The notes: a model not told the origin generated them from the sequence alone. A stretch of 64,000 nt of DNA from Candidatus Latescibacterota bacterium (GCA_965237525.1 CBDEFO010000004.1:256001-320000); one strand, 5' to 3'; counted from the stretch's first letter, positions 1 to 10,314 are shown. Numbers and translations are program-made.

Positions 1-375
1 ATTGAGGACAACATAGAGTTTATCGACTCCATCGGTCATCCTCAGCTTGGGATGATCATCGACATCGGGCACGTGCGCAATTCAGAAGGTCAAAACCCTA
101 TGACACTTTCTGGAGTCCCAACCGAAAAGTTCCATAAGGTCGGTTCCAGGCTGCGCCATGTCCACCTTCACGACTTCTACGATGGGATAGATCACCGCGC
201 CCCGTTCGACGGTAATATGCCGTGGCTGGAGATCTTCCAGGCGCTTTACGACATCGACTATAAGGGATTCATCCACTTTGAAGTGGCTCCCCCGCCGCGC
301 TCTGTGGATGCCCTCCCCAAGATCAAAGAGGTGCCCAAAAAGATTATGGAACTACACGCGCAACAGGATGGATAA
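1..375 (+). CDS. Sugar phosphate isomerase/epimerase (xylose-isomerase-like TIM barrel), 5'-truncated by window edge
   Basis: Frame is open from base 1 (IEDNIEFIDSIGHPQLGMIIDIGH...HVHLHD...DH...FE), with typical metal-binding motifs. Confidence 0.8.
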   Translation: MEDNIEFIDSIGHPQLGMIIDIGHVRNSEGQNPMTLSGVPTEKFHKVGSRLRHVHLHDFYDGIDHRAPFDGNMPWLEIFQALYDIDYKGFIHFEVAPPPRSVDALPKIKEVPKKIMELHAQQDG

Positions 376-483
376 TTGCTCCACTTCAAACCGGACCATA
401 ATATTAACGAGGAAGCTTAAGAAAACATGGGCTTCAATACTGAGGAAGAAATTACTAATCCCTTGTCAGTGTACACATTCATT

Positions 484-521
484 TTCCGGGGCATAAGGCC
501 TCTTCCGGGGCATAAGGCCTC
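484..521. repeat. Perfect 19-bp tandem duplication TTCCGGGGCATAAGGCCTC x2
   Basis: 484-502 identical to 503-521. Confidence 0.9.
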
Positions 522-597
522 TGGATCGGGAGACGTTCAAAGTCGTTAATCTAAATTATATTTTGCTACTTTACACCTGACTGGAAAGGAGATTAAA

Positions 598-786
598 ATG
601 CCTTACGTAACTGTCAAGATGTTAGGAGGACGCACGGATGAACAGAAGAAAAGGCTTGTGGAGGCTATAACAAACGATATGGTGGAAATATGCAACGCCA
701 AGGCTGAGGCCGTGGTCATCACTATCGAGGAGCTCCCCAAGGAACATTGGGCAGTCGGAGGAGTGCGCCTTTCCGACATGGAGTGA
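598..786 (+). CDS. 4-oxalocrotonate tautomerase family protein
   Basis: 62 aa, catalytic Pro after Met (MPYVTVK), GRTDEQK and WAVGG motifs, RBS AAGGAG. Confidence 0.92.
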   Translation: MPYVTVKMLGGRTDEQKKRLVEAITNDMVEICNAKAEAVVITIEELPKEHWAVGGVRLSDME

Positions 787-961
787 AGCCTAATCTATGA
801 GGAGGCGTTGCGGATCGGATTTTTGCGGATCGGGAAGGAAGCTCTACAGCTAAATCCAGATGACAGCTTGTCGCTATCTATCGGTTGCTTATCCAAAGAA
901 AGAGCCGTAATGTGGATAGTTTGTAAGGAAAGATCTCAAGAGTTCGTTACTAATTTTTAGG

Positions 962-990
962 TTGACAACCTTGGTCTTATATGTTATATT
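962..990 (+). promoter_or_regulatory. sigma70 promoter of tRNA-Asp
   Basis: TTGACA (962-967), 17-bp spacer, TG-n-TATATT (985-990), 10 bp upstream of the tRNA. Confidence 0.8.
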
Positions 991-1000
991 CTCATCGTGC

Positions 1001-1078
1001 GGGGTAGTAGCTCAGTTTGGTTAGAGTGACGGCCTGTCACGCCGTAGGTCGCGGGTTCGAGTCCCGTCTACCCCGCCA
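1001..1078 (+). tRNA. tRNA-Asp (GTC)
   Basis: Acceptor GGGGTAG/CTACCCC, D-arm, anticodon stem ACGGC-CTGTCAC-GCCGT, T-loop TTCGAGT, encoded CCA. Confidence 0.97.
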
Positions 1079-1096
1079 CTTTTCTCTACGGCTTTC

Positions 1097-2614
1097 TTAT
1101 TCCTCCTGTGGAAGTTCGACTGTCTTAAACATCTTTCTTCCATCTCTTAAGATTCGGAACACTATCACTTCATCGTCATTACGTTTTTCCAAAGCCTTCT
1201 CAAAATCGCTCACCGACTTTATCTTGTCCTTGTTCTTTCCGACACCTATCTCCAGGATAATGTCCCCTCTGCTTATTTCCCCTTCATAGGCAGGACTGTA
1301 CCTTGCTACGTCATTTACGATCACGCCCTCCTCTCCTTCGTATCTGTATCGTTGGGCGTCCTCTCTTGTGAGATCTCGGACAGAAAGCCCTAAATCCTTT
1401 ATCTGTGCTCCTTCTTTGGATGCAAGCACATCCGCAAAGTCCTCCTTTTCCCCCAGGACGACCTCTACCGTCTTTTCGTCCGCATCCCTGATAATCTTAA
1501 TCTTGATCCTGTCGCCCGGTCTTTTCCTTGCAACTTTATCCTGAATCTGGTTGATACGATCTACCCTTTGACCGTCTATTTCAACTATAACATCCTCCAC
1601 TTTCAATCCGGCTTTATCAGCGGGGGTGTTGGGGAAGACATCGTCTATTAAGACCCCTATAGGCCTCTCCAGGCCGAATCCCTTCGCTGTCGCCTCATCT
1701 ATCGGTAACATTGCAATCCCCAAAAATCCCCTGACGACCCTTCCGTGGGTTATGAGGTCCTCCATGACTTTCTTGGCCAGATTAATAGGGATAGCAAAAC
1801 CGTAGCCTATGTAAGTGCGAAGAGATCGTTCCGTTTGGATAGCGGTATTAATGCCTATGACCTCGCCGCTCAGATTCACCAACGGTCCGCCGGAGTTCCC
1901 AGGATTTATAACAGCGTCGGTCTGTATAAAATTCTCGATGCTGTAGGGTTGCTCAATGAGCTCTACATCCCTTCCCAGGGCACTTATGACTCCTCCTGTG
2001 ACTGTAGAAGTCAGCGCCATTGGGTTCCCGATGGCCAGAACCCATTCGCCGATCTGGATCTTCTCCGAATCCCCCAGACTTGCCACCGGAAGATCGTCCG
2101 GCTCTATCTTGACCACCGCTACCTCGGTCAGTTCGTCGCGGCCGATGACCTTTGCCTTGAACTCCCTCTTATCTATAAGGGTCACCAGGATCTTATCCGC
2201 GTCTTTGACCACATGATTATTGGTCAGGATATATCCCTCTTTGCTGACTATGATGCCCGACCCGAGACCCCTTCTCTTATACTCCTCAGGCGGCTCACGG
2301 AAGAAGGGTAAGAACTCGTGGAAAGGGCTTCGAGGCGCTGAACTTCTCCTGCGCCTTATCGTCTCAGTAGTCGCTATGCTCACAACTGCGGGTCTCACCT
2401 CCTTTGAGATAGCTATGGACGCTTCGCTAATATTCTTGGCGTTTAATATGTCTTCAGGTATTTCTTCATTGGATCCTAACTCTACCTTATCCGGTATATC
2501 TAAGGCCGTGCCCTTTTGGGTTATCCCGAAATTTGCAGATAGGAGAATGCCGATTAATACGCCGATGACGACAAATGCCGAAGCCATAAAAAGTGGTCTT
2601 TTCAAGTCGTGCAT
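1097..2614 (-). CDS. htrA: DegP/HtrA (Do) serine endoprotease with two PDZ domains
   Basis: GSG, TNNHVV, IQTDAVINPGNSGGPL motifs; N-terminal TM segment. Confidence 0.95.
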   Translation of the reverse strand: MHDLKRPLFMASAFVVIGVLIGILLSANFGITQKGTALDIPDKVELGSNEEIPEDILNAKNISEASIAISKEVRPAVVSIATTETIRRRRSSAPRSPFHEFLPFFREPPEEYKRRGLGSGIIVSKEGYILTNNHVVKDADKILVTLIDKREFKAKVIGRDELTEVAVVKIEPDDLPVASLGDSEKIQIGEWVLAIGNPMALTSTVTGGVISALGRDVELIEQPYSIENFIQTDAVINPGNSGGPLVNLSGEVIGINTAIQTERSLRTYIGYGFAIPINLAKKVMEDLITHGRVVRGFLGIAMLPIDEATAKGFGLERPIGVLIDDVFPNTPADKAGLKVEDVIVEIDGQRVDRINQIQDKVARKRPGDRIKIKIIRDADEKTVEVVLGEKEDFADVLASKEGAQIKDLGLSVRDLTREDAQRYRYEGEEGVIVNDVARYSPAYEGEISRGDIILEIGVGKNKDKIKSVSDFEKALEKRNDDEVIVFRILRDGRKMFKTVELPQEE

Positions 2615-2770
2615 CTTAAGATTACTCCTCCTTACAATAAAATATGGTTTAGAATCTCTTACACTTATTCAACGCCATCTCTGCCCAGATTCCGCGGTTT
2701 GGAACCTCCTCTGGCAGCTTATCGATCAGCCACACAGTTCACCTTTTGAGAATGACTCCCGTAGCTGCGT

Positions 2771-4042
2771 TTAAGTTCCACTTTCTATCTTGCTTATCAT
2801 CTTTACGATCTCCCTTATAGTCGTCCTTTCCACCCATCTTTGGGGTAGATAATCTACCGAACCGTCCGTTCCGACGGCTCTGTAGAGGATGTCATTTTGT
2901 TCTAATTTAGATAGAACCTTTCCCACTCTATCTTTATCCTCTCCTATTTTTTCTGAAAGCTCACCTACGCATAAAGTTCCTTTACCGTCAAGGAAGCTTT
3001 CTCCTATAGCCATCACCAGTCTGACAGCAAGGCAGACTTCATCTGAAAAGGATTCATCGCGGCGGCTCCTGATCGCCTCTAAAGGATCGGGGTTCTGAAT
3101 CACATAGCAGGTCTCTACTCCCCACAGGATAACGACCCACGTAAAATATATCCATGCCAAAAATGCCGGCATGATGCTCAAGGAGCCGTACACCTTGTGC
3201 ACCTCGACCATAGTCGATACATACCAGTCGAACCCTAACTTGCCAAACTCCCACATAGTTCCGGCGACGATACCTCCAATAAGAGCGGTCTTCATCTTGA
3301 CCTGAGTGTTCGGAAGCAATATATATCCCAATATTAAAGCCGTCCACGTAAATAGGGATGGGATCAGGTAGAAGATTATTCCGCTTACCACCGATATGTT
3401 CATCAAGCCGCCAATGATGGGCATATCCTTCAAATTTGTAGAAAGATAAATAGATGTCCCTAAAAGTATAGGGCCCAGAGTTATGAGGCTCCAGAAGGAT
3501 ATAAACCTTGCCACCAACGGCCTTCTATTCTTGACCCTCCATATTTGATTAAACGAGCTTTCTATGGTGTTGAACACAAAAAGGGAGGCCAATATCAATA
3601 TGACCGATCCCACAAAGCCGATGGTCCCCGCCTTTTCAGCAAATCCAGTTATATGAACTATCACTATTTCGCTGGAGGAGGGAAGCAGGTGTCCGGAGAG
3701 GAATTTCCTGATCGTAGCTCCTATCCCGGCCGCTCCTTCCTTTCCTGAGAAAGTAGCTAAAATGGAAAGACTTATAGCAGTCACAGGCACCAACGCCAAA
3801 ACAGTAGTGAAAGAAAGAGCGGCTGCCTCCATAAAGCCGTCGTCCTCATAGAACTCCTCCCAGATGTGACGCACTTGCTTAGCTCTATCGTGCCACTTTC
3901 CGTCAAACAGTTCTTTCGCCTTATCTTTACAGTTCTTCCACATAGCCTGGATACCCAGGAGAAGATACAAGTAGCGAAGTACTTTAGATTGCTTGCTTTT
4001 GCCTGCAGTCAAGCCAGGGGTAGATCCCCGAAGCACTCTCAA
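2771..4042 (-). CDS. YihY/BrkB family inner-membrane protein with C-terminal HTH-like extension (start uncertain)
   Basis: AAALSFTTVLALVP, FNQIWRV, YGSL..P.FL.WIY..W motifs. Confidence 0.85.
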   Translation of the reverse strand: MRVLRGSTPGLTAGKSKQSKVLRYLYLLLGIQAMWKNCKDKAKELFDGKWHDRAKQVRHIWEEFYEDDGFMEAAALSFTTVLALVPVTAISLSILATFSGKEGAAGIGATIRKFLSGHLLPSSSEIVIVHITGFAEKAGTIGFVGSVILILASLFVFNTIESSFNQIWRVKNRRPLVARFISFWSLITLGPILLGTSIYLSTNLKDMPIIGGLMNISVVSGIIFYLIPSLFTWTALILGYILLPNTQVKMKTALIGGIVAGTMWEFGKLGFDWYVSTMVEVHKVYGSLSIMPAFLAWIYFTWVVILWGVETCYVIQNPDPLEAIRSRRDESFSDEVCLAVRLVMAIGESFLDGKGTLCVGELSEKIGEDKDRVGKVLSKLEQNDILYRAVGTDGSVDYLPQRWVERTTIREIVKMISKIESGT

Positions 4043-4192
4043 TTGTGTCGTCGAAACTATTTTCGATACACGAACAGGTCGCCTTGAAAGTCTTTGAGCT
4101 GGAACTTCCGATATGCAAATATAAAGAATCAGGCTCGTAAATACAACCGATTTTGCCTGTAAACCTGCTCCGTTCTCCTGCAGGTTATCTAT

Positions 4193-5425
4193 TTACATAT
4201 TCTCGACTATCGCCTGCCCGAACTCGGAGCATTTGACCTCTTTGGCTCCCTGTGTCAATCGGGCAAAGTCGTAGGTCACAATCTTCTGAGATATAGTCCT
4301 TTCCAATCCACCGATTATAAGATCCGCCGCTTCGGGCCATCCGATGTGTCTGAGCATGAGGACTCCTGACAGAATGACAGATCCGGGGTTTACCTTATCC
4401 TGATTCGCGTATTTAGGAGCCGTGCCGTGCGTGGCTTCAAAGATGGCTTGTCCCGTGTCGTAATTGATGTTCCCTCCCGGAGCGATGCCTATCCCACCTA
4501 CCTGAGCGGCTAAGGCGTCGGAGATATAATCGCCGTTCAAGTTCATCGTTGCGATTACGTCGAACTCGTCGGGTCTTGTGAGTATCTGCTGTAAGGATAT
4601 GTCGGCTATGGCGTCTTTTATCAGTATCTTCCCATCTGGCACATCGCCTTTGCACTCATCCCAACTTACGACAGAATCCTTGAACTCTTCGGCAGCAAGT
4701 TGGTAGCCCCACGCCCTGAAAGCCCCCTCGGTGAACTTTTGAATGTTGCCCTTATGCACCAAGGTAACGCTCTTTCTGTTGTTCTCTATGCCGTACTTGA
4801 TCGCAGCCCTGATAAGCCGTTTACTCCCGAACTCAGATATAGGTTTTATGCCGACTCCTGAATCGGGCCTTATCTTCCAGCCGAACTCCTTTTCAAGATA
4901 TGATATAAGCTTCTTTACCTCTGCTGTCCCTTCTTTAAGTTCCAATCCTGCGTAGACATCCTCTGTGTTCTCTCTGAAGACTACCATATCCACCTTCTCA
5001 GGGTGCCGCACAGGGCTTGGGACTCCTTTAAACCACTTTACAGGGCGGAGACAGACGTAAAGATCCAGGGTCTGTCTCAGCGCCACGTTCAGGCTCCTTA
5101 TGCCTCCGCCCACCGGTGTCGTAAGTGGTCCTTTGATCCCGACTATATAGTCCTTGAACGCATTCACAGTCTCCTCGGGCAGCCACTCTTCTGTCAGCGT
5201 GTAAGACCTCTCTCCTGCGTAAACCTCCATCCAGTGGATCCTTCTCTTCCCCGAGTATGCCTTCTCCACAGCGCTGTCGAAGACCCCCACGGACGCTTTC
5301 CATATATCGGGGCCTGTTCCGTCACCCTCAATGAACGGTATAATAGGATTGGAAGGCACGTTCAACTTCCCGTTCTCGACCTGTATCTTCTCTCCGTCTT
5401 TAGGCACTACGATACTTGACATCAC
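4193..5425 (-). CDS. icd: NADP-dependent isocitrate dehydrogenase
   Basis: [46 protein letters not shown]. Confidence 0.97.
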   Translation of the reverse strand: MMSSIVVPKDGEKIQVENGKLNVPSNPIIPFIEGDGTGPDIWKASVGVFDSAVEKAYSGKRRIHWMEVYAGERSYTLTEEWLPEETVNAFKDYIVGIKGPLTTPVGGGIRSLNVALRQTLDLYVCLRPVKWFKGVPSPVRHPEKVDMVVFRENTEDVYAGLELKEGTAEVKKLISYLEKEFGWKIRPDSGVGIKPISEFGSKRLIRAAIKYGIENNRKSVTLVHKGNIQKFTEGAFRAWGYQLAAEEFKDSVVSWDECKGDVPDGKILIKDAIADISLQQILTRPDEFDVIATMNLNGDYISDALAAQVGGIGIAPGGNINYDTGQAIFEATHGTAPKYANQDKVNPGSVILSGVLMLRHIGWPEAADLIIGGLERTISQKIVTYDFARLTQGAKEVKCSEFGQAIVENM

Positions 5426-5555
5426 AATCCTCCGTTTTTCTCCAAGAAGTTCTTAGATACCCCTCTCAAAGGGCCAAGACATCACCCCTGGTTGCTTCTT
5501 CTACCTCTCATCTAAAATTAACATCAAAAATTCTGTGGCGTCAAGGACTATCTAA

Positions 5556-7074
5556 AAGCCTTGTGAAATAGTTATGTCCCAGGCAGCGTCTGAAGCGCCG
5601 ATTATGGGTCAAAGAGTAGCATATCGTATCGTTTTGCTGTGGAATAAGCAAAATAGTCTTATCAGAGTTCTGGTCAGCAAGGAACAGGAGCTGTTTGAAG
5701 AACAGGATGCACTGTCTTTGACAGACAGGGCACACATAGACGCTTTCCCCCTTCTTATGAAAGATACAAGCCTCTTGAGATTCTGTACTGTTGCAACAAG
5801 ATTCAACTGTTCATTCAGTGAGGCTGGTCCTCTGTAACGGGCTCGTCCCATACCGTGTTGTTGCCTGGCTTCAGCAAAGATATGTTCACTGCGTTTACGG
5901 AGTCTCCGGGAGAGTTTGTAGTCAGCTGTTAATGAGATAGACCGTGCATGATTTCTGGCTTTCGCCTCTCGCACTTTTCTATCCCGTTCGGCCTGAATAT
6001 GTGCTGAATTTGTCTTGTTTTTCCATGTAGGAATCGGTTCAATCTTCTCATCGGCTCGCAGAGGAATATGGGGTATGATTCCCCGGTCAAGTACATCAGC
6101 GATAAAATTACCAGAACCGTAACCGGTATCGGCACTAAGTGTCTGAATGTCTTTGGGCATGGTGTATGTTTCAAGGTCATCTACCATCTTAAGGGCACTT
6201 TCGGGCTCTGCTGTCCCTGTCGCCTGCGTGCCCTGAGTCTCAAGGATTACTCTGCTTTTTGTGTCGATCAGATCATGGCCCATAAACGAGAGAAAAGCCC
6301 CTTTGCCCTTCGATTTGCTGTATAAGCGCGCGTCGGGGTCTGTAGTCGAACGGTGTGTTTGGTTCGTCCACTTTTCACCATGAAAGTCTTTATCCTGAGG
6401 ATGCCCGGACCTACCCTTTGTCTTATCACCTTCAAAACCGATTCCCTTGAGATAATCATCAAGAGAAACAGGGGGTTCTATCGGCTCAATACTTTTCACT
6501 GAAGCATCAGCTTGTATCTGAGTGCCGTCGACACTAAGGTGTTTACCGCTCACAAGACCGACATCTATGCAACACTGGACTACCTGACGCATTATCCGTT
6601 CAAACAACCCACTGGATGCCCACTTGTGATTGCGAAGCTTGTTGATCGTGCTCCTATCCGGAACCGCATCATCAAATGTCTGATGACAAAACAACCGATA
6701 TGCCGCATGCATCCCCACTTCCTGACAGAGCCGATTCTCACTCAAATTATACAGATAGCCAATAAGGATCATTCGAACAACTAATTCAGGATCAATACCG
6801 GGTCTGCCATTGTCAGGGCAATAACAATCTGATACAACGTCTCGTACAAATGAAAAATCAACTGCCTCATCAATCTGACGAAGGATATGATCCTCGGGAA
6901 CTAAATCCTCCATCTGAAAATAGTGAAACATCGGATTTGTCTGTTCCTGCTTTTGTGGGGTCATTGTTTCCTCCATGTATAATATTATCAATAACATAAT
7001 ATAATACATCGGAGCTGCTTTATCAATGCTTGTTTTATACTACTTTCTGAATCTAAGGGTTTTTCACAAGGCTT
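5556..7074 (-). mobile_element. IS1182-family element, copy 1 (1519 bp)
   Basis: Terminal IR AAGCCTTGTGAAA/TTTCACAAGGCTT; 4-bp TSD CTAA at 5552-5555 and 7075-7078. Confidence 0.93.
5609..6964 (-). CDS. IS1182-family DDE transposase
   Basis: LVPEDHILR, GRPGIDP, VDGT.IQADAS, TTDPDARL, ADTGY, RKRSEHIFAE; start taken at the ATG after GGAGG. Confidence 0.92.
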   Translation of the reverse strand: MTPQKQEQTNPMFHYFQMEDLVPEDHILRQIDEAVDFSFVRDVVSDCYCPDNGRPGIDPELVVRMILIGYLYNLSENRLCQEVGMHAAYRLFCHQTFDDAVPDRSTINKLRNHKWASSGLFERIMRQVVQCCIDVGLVSGKHLSVDGTQIQADASVKSIEPIEPPVSLDDYLKGIGFEGDKTKGRSGHPQDKDFHGEKWTNQTHRSTTDPDARLYSKSKGKGAFLSFMGHDLIDTKSRVILETQGTQATGTAEPESALKMVDDLETYTMPKDIQTLSADTGYGSGNFIADVLDRGIIPHIPLRADEKIEPIPTWKNKTNSAHIQAERDRKVREAKARNHARSISLTADYKLSRRLRKRSEHIFAEARQQHGMGRARYRGPASLNEQLNLVATVQNLKRLVSFIRRGKASMCALSVKDSASCSSNSSCSLLTRTLIRLFCLFHSKTIRYATL

Positions 7075-7101
7075 CTAAACTGGAAGGCAAATAAGAAATA
7101 A

Positions 7102-7152
7102 TGTAGGGCTTGGGTAACCCAGCCCCTGGGGCGAGGGAACCTCGCCCCTACA
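7102..7152. repeat. GTAG-type REP doublet (repeat family B)
   Basis: TGTAGGGCTTGGGTAACCCAGCCCCT followed by inverted GGGGCGAGGGAACCTCGCCCCTACA. Confidence 0.75.
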
Positions 7153-7232
7153 CGGATCAATCAGACGAACACAGAATCGGCGCAAAAGCCACTTGCTTTT
7201 TTCCAAAGATTTACTTACTTTGAAAGTCCCAG

Positions 7233-7306
7233 GGCGGCGCGGCCGATTTTCTGGAGGAGAGGCAGCGAACCGTAAAGTGGTGGGGTAAAGACCTCGTAAT
7301 TTGACT
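7233..7306 (+). repeat. Diverged copy of repeat family A in the purL leader
   Basis: Aligns by eye with 29603-29650 and 29710-29750 (GGCAGCGAACCGTAAAGTGG...CTCGTAATTTGACT). Confidence 0.55.
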
Positions 7307-7368
7307 ATGAACGCGCTTTCAACCGGACAAAACACAACTGACGAATGAGCGTCGGAGGCGCAACACAA

Positions 7369-10314
7369 ATGCTATGGAGAGTTGAAGTCAGCATAAGGCC
7401 GGGCTTTTTTGATTCCCAGGGCGAAGGCATAAAGAAGGGAATAGAGGATCTCGGCATTCTTGCTGTCACATCTTGCTCGACATCGCAAGTATATTATATA
7501 CAGGGGGAAATACCAAAAGAGGATGTCGCCCTCATCTCCCGGAGACTACTGATGGACAGTGTGACCCAGGATTACTCGATCAGCCTGCTTTGTGGTTTGC
7601 TGCCTCCTCTCCCGAACAAAGCGCCCACGGCGCCGAGCCGCGATATCCGCACTGTGGAGGTGGCGTACAACCCCGGGGTCATGGACCCTGTAGAGGCGAG
7701 TGTTAAAAGGGGTATAGAGGACCTCGGAGTCGGGGGAGTTTCTGCCCTTAAGACGGCCGTGAAATACGTTATAAGGGGTAAGATCACAGATTCCCAGTTG
7801 ATAACCATCAGGGACAATCTGCTCCTGAACGATATTATACAGCACCAGGCCGGAAGTTCTGAGTCTCCCTTTGTTGATCCTCCCTGCTACAGATTCGAGC
7901 CGGTCTATGTCCAGGTATTGGGCGCACACGACGACAATCTAAATGAGATCAGTCGGACAGGGCAGCTCTCTTTGAACCTGGACGAGATGCGGGCGATAAG
8001 GAACCACTTTACATATCTGGGCAGAAATCCTACGGACGCTGAACTTGAGACTATAGCTCAAACGTGGTCGGAGCACTGTGTGCATAAGACTTTCAAGGGC
8101 ATTATAGAATATGAGGGAGAGAGGATCGATAATCTTCTCAAGAGCACTATAATGAAGGTCACAGAGGAGCTTGATAAGGACTGGTGCGTTTCCGTCTTCG
8201 AGGACAACGCCGGGATTGTCAAATTCGATGAAAACTATAACCTGTGTTTCAAGGTTGAGACTCACAATCATCCGTCGGCTTTAGAGCCCTACGGAGGGGC
8301 CGGGACGGGAACAGGGGGAGCAATAAGAGACCCGCTCGGCACCGGGCTGGGGGCAAAGCCCATCATAAACACGGACGTCTTCTGCTTCGGCCCGCTGGAT
8401 CTGCCGTACGATAAGCTCCCGTCCGGATGTCTGCATCCCAAACGGGTCTTCAAGGGCGTCGTAGCGGGCGTGGGGGATTACGGCAACAGGATGGGTATTC
8501 CGACTGTCAACGGAGCTATATATTTTGACGAAGGCTACATAGGCAATCCACTGGTCTATTGCGGAAATGTGGGCATCCTCCCAGTGGACAAGTCGTTCAA
8601 AAAGCTCAAAGATGGAGACTATATCGTCCTGGTCGGGGGCCGCACGGGGAGAGACGGGATTCACGGCGTCACGTTCTCCTCAGACGCCCTGACGGATAGT
8701 CTCTCCAGCGGGGTCGTGCAGATCGGAAACGCCATAACCGAAAAGAAGATGGTAGATGTGATTATGGAAGCCAGAGACCTGGATCTCTACAGTTCGATCA
8801 CTGACTGCGGAGGAGGTGGACTCTCCTCTGCGGTCGGCGAGATGGGGGTGGAGATAGGGGCCGAGGTAGATCTGGATAGAGTCCCGCTCAAATATGAAGG
8901 CCTCAGCTACACGGAGATATGGATCTCGGAGTCGCAGGAGCGGATGATATTAGCTGTGCCTCCTCAAAATGTGCAAGAACTGATACAGCTCTGCGCTGAG
9001 GAGGACGTGGAGGCAACGGTCATAGGGAAATTTACGGGCGACAAGAGGCTCAAGCTGCGCTATGAGAGAAATGTCGTATGCGACCTGGATATGAACTTTC
9101 TGCACAACGGCCTCCCGAGATTGAATCTGAAGGCGACATGGGATAAGCCCTATTTCGAAGAGCCTGATCTCCCTGATCCATCGGATTTAACCCCTATTCT
9201 GAAGTCCATATTGTCATCTCCCAACGTATGCAGCAAAGAATGGGTGATAAGACAGTACGACCACGAGGTTCAGGGGGGCAGCGTGCTTAAACCTCTTCAG
9301 GGCGTAAGGAACGACGGGCCGGGAGATGCCTCTGTCACAAGGCCAGTTATGAATTCTACAAAGGGCATCGTTCTATCTGTCGGTCTGAATCCAAAATATG
9401 GGAAGATAGACCCCTATCACATGGCGGCATCCGCCATTGACGAGGCACTGAGACAGGTAATATCGGTCGGAGGGACTTTGGAGCATACAGCCCTTCTGGA
9501 TAACTTCTGCTGGGGGAGTCCCTATGAACCCGAGGGGCTCGGGGGGCTTGTCAGAGCAGCTAAGGCCTGCTACGACATAGCCAGGGTATATGAGACCCCC
9601 TTTATCTCCGGCAAGGACAGCTTGAACAACGAGTTTGTCGTACGTGGAAAGAGTGTTCCTATTCCCCCGGCTCTTTTGATCTCTGCTATATCTGTTGTAG
9701 ACGACGTCCAGAAAGTCATCTCGATGGATTTTAAAGAGCCGGGCAACCTGATCTACGTCGTGGGCACGACTTACGATGAACTCGGGGCTTCACACTTCTA
9801 CGATCTTAACGGCTATACCGGCAACAACTGCCCCGTTGTCCGCCCTTCTGAGGGGAAAAGGACGATGGACGCCCTGAGCGCAGCCTCCTCTGAGAGGCTC
9901 ATAAGGGCCTGTCACGATTGCAGCGAAGGGGGTATAGGAGTTGCCGTATCCGAGATGTGCTTTTCAGGGGAAGTAGGAGCTTCCATTTCACTTGCCGAAG
10001 TTCCCACGTCACACGACAATGCAGGGGCAGGCCCACGCGTCTACCCGATAGAAAGAAACGACACGATCCTCTTTTCGGAGTCCAACTCGCGCTTTATCGT
10101 AGAGGTAGCCCTCGAGAATAGAGGCAGATTTGAAGAGATTCTAAAGGATGTGGCTTTTGGAGTCATAGGTAAGACCACAGCCGACACAGAACTGGTCATA
10201 ACGCGGCTTCTGGCCATAACGGGACTTAATGAGGCAGAAGTCGTACGGGCAGTCGTACGGGCAGATATATTTGAACTGAAGGAGGCCTGGCAATCGCCCT
10301 TACGGGATATTTAA
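7369..10314 (+). CDS. purL: Phosphoribosylformylglycinamidine synthase PurL with two N-terminal PurS-like domains
   Basis: QTWSEHCVHK, KVETHNHPSA, GRDGIHG, DCGGGG, ISGKDS motifs; N-terminal repeats VEV...PG..D....K.GIEDLG. Confidence 0.95.
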   Translation: MLWRVEVSIRPGFFDSQGEGIKKGIEDLGILAVTSCSTSQVYYIQGEIPKEDVALISRRLLMDSVTQDYSISLLCGLLPPLPNKAPTAPSRDIRTVEVAYNPGVMDPVEASVKRGIEDLGVGGVSALKTAVKYVIRGKITDSQLITIRDNLLLNDIIQHQAGSSESPFVDPPCYRFEPVYVQVLGAHDDNLNEISRTGQLSLNLDEMRAIRNHFTYLGRNPTDAELETIAQTWSEHCVHKTFKGIIEYEGERIDNLLKSTIMKVTEELDKDWCVSVFEDNAGIVKFDENYNLCFKVETHNHPSALEPYGGAGTGTGGAIRDPLGTGLGAKPIINTDVFCFGPLDLPYDKLPSGCLHPKRVFKGVVAGVGDYGNRMGIPTVNGAIYFDEGYIGNPLVYCGNVGILPVDKSFKKLKDGDYIVLVGGRTGRDGIHGVTFSSDALTDSLSSGVVQIGNAITEKKMVDVIMEARDLDLYSSITDCGGGGLSSAVGEMGVEIGAEVDLDRVPLKYEGLSYTEIWISESQERMILAVPPQNVQELIQLCAEEDVEATVIGKFTGDKRLKLRYERNVVCDLDMNFLHNGLPRLNLKATWDKPYFEEPDLPDPSDLTPILKSILSSPNVCSKEWVIRQYDHEVQGGSVLKPLQGVRNDGPGDASVTRPVMNSTKGIVLSVGLNPKYGKIDPYHMAASAIDEALRQVISVGGTLEHTALLDNFCWGSPYEPEGLGGLVRAAKACYDIARVYETPFISGKDSLNNEFVVRGKSVPIPPALLISAISVVDDVQKVISMDFKEPGNLIYVVGTTYDELGASHFYDLNGYTGNNCPVVRPSEGKRTMDALSAASSERLIRACHDCSEGGIGVAVSEMCFSGEVGASISLAEVPTSHDNAGAGPRVYPIERNDTILFSESNSRFIVEVALENRGRFEEILKDVAFGVIGKTTADTELVITRLLAITGLNEAEVVRAVVRADIFELKEAWQSPLRDI
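7579..7634 (-). repeat. Repeat family A copy inside the purL CDS
   Basis: Reverse complement GGCGCCGTGGGCGCTTTGTTCGGGAGAGGAGGCAGCAAACCACAAAG matches intergenic 29603-29648. Confidence 0.85.
10020..10046 (+). repeat. Degenerate GTAG-REP (family B) inside the purL CDS
   Basis: TGCAGGGGCAGGCCCACGCGTCTACCC vs intergenic REP TGTAGGGGCAGACCCGTGTGTCTGCCC, 21/27 identical. Confidence 0.7.

Noticed and set aside
1001..1078. tRNA-Asp as an island attachment site
   Set aside because: No integrase and no duplicated tRNA 3' end was seen in the window
7220..7345. ZTP or PRPP riboswitch, tmRNA or RNase P RNA upstream of purL
   Set aside because: Conserved cores could not be matched by eye; better explained as a family A repeat
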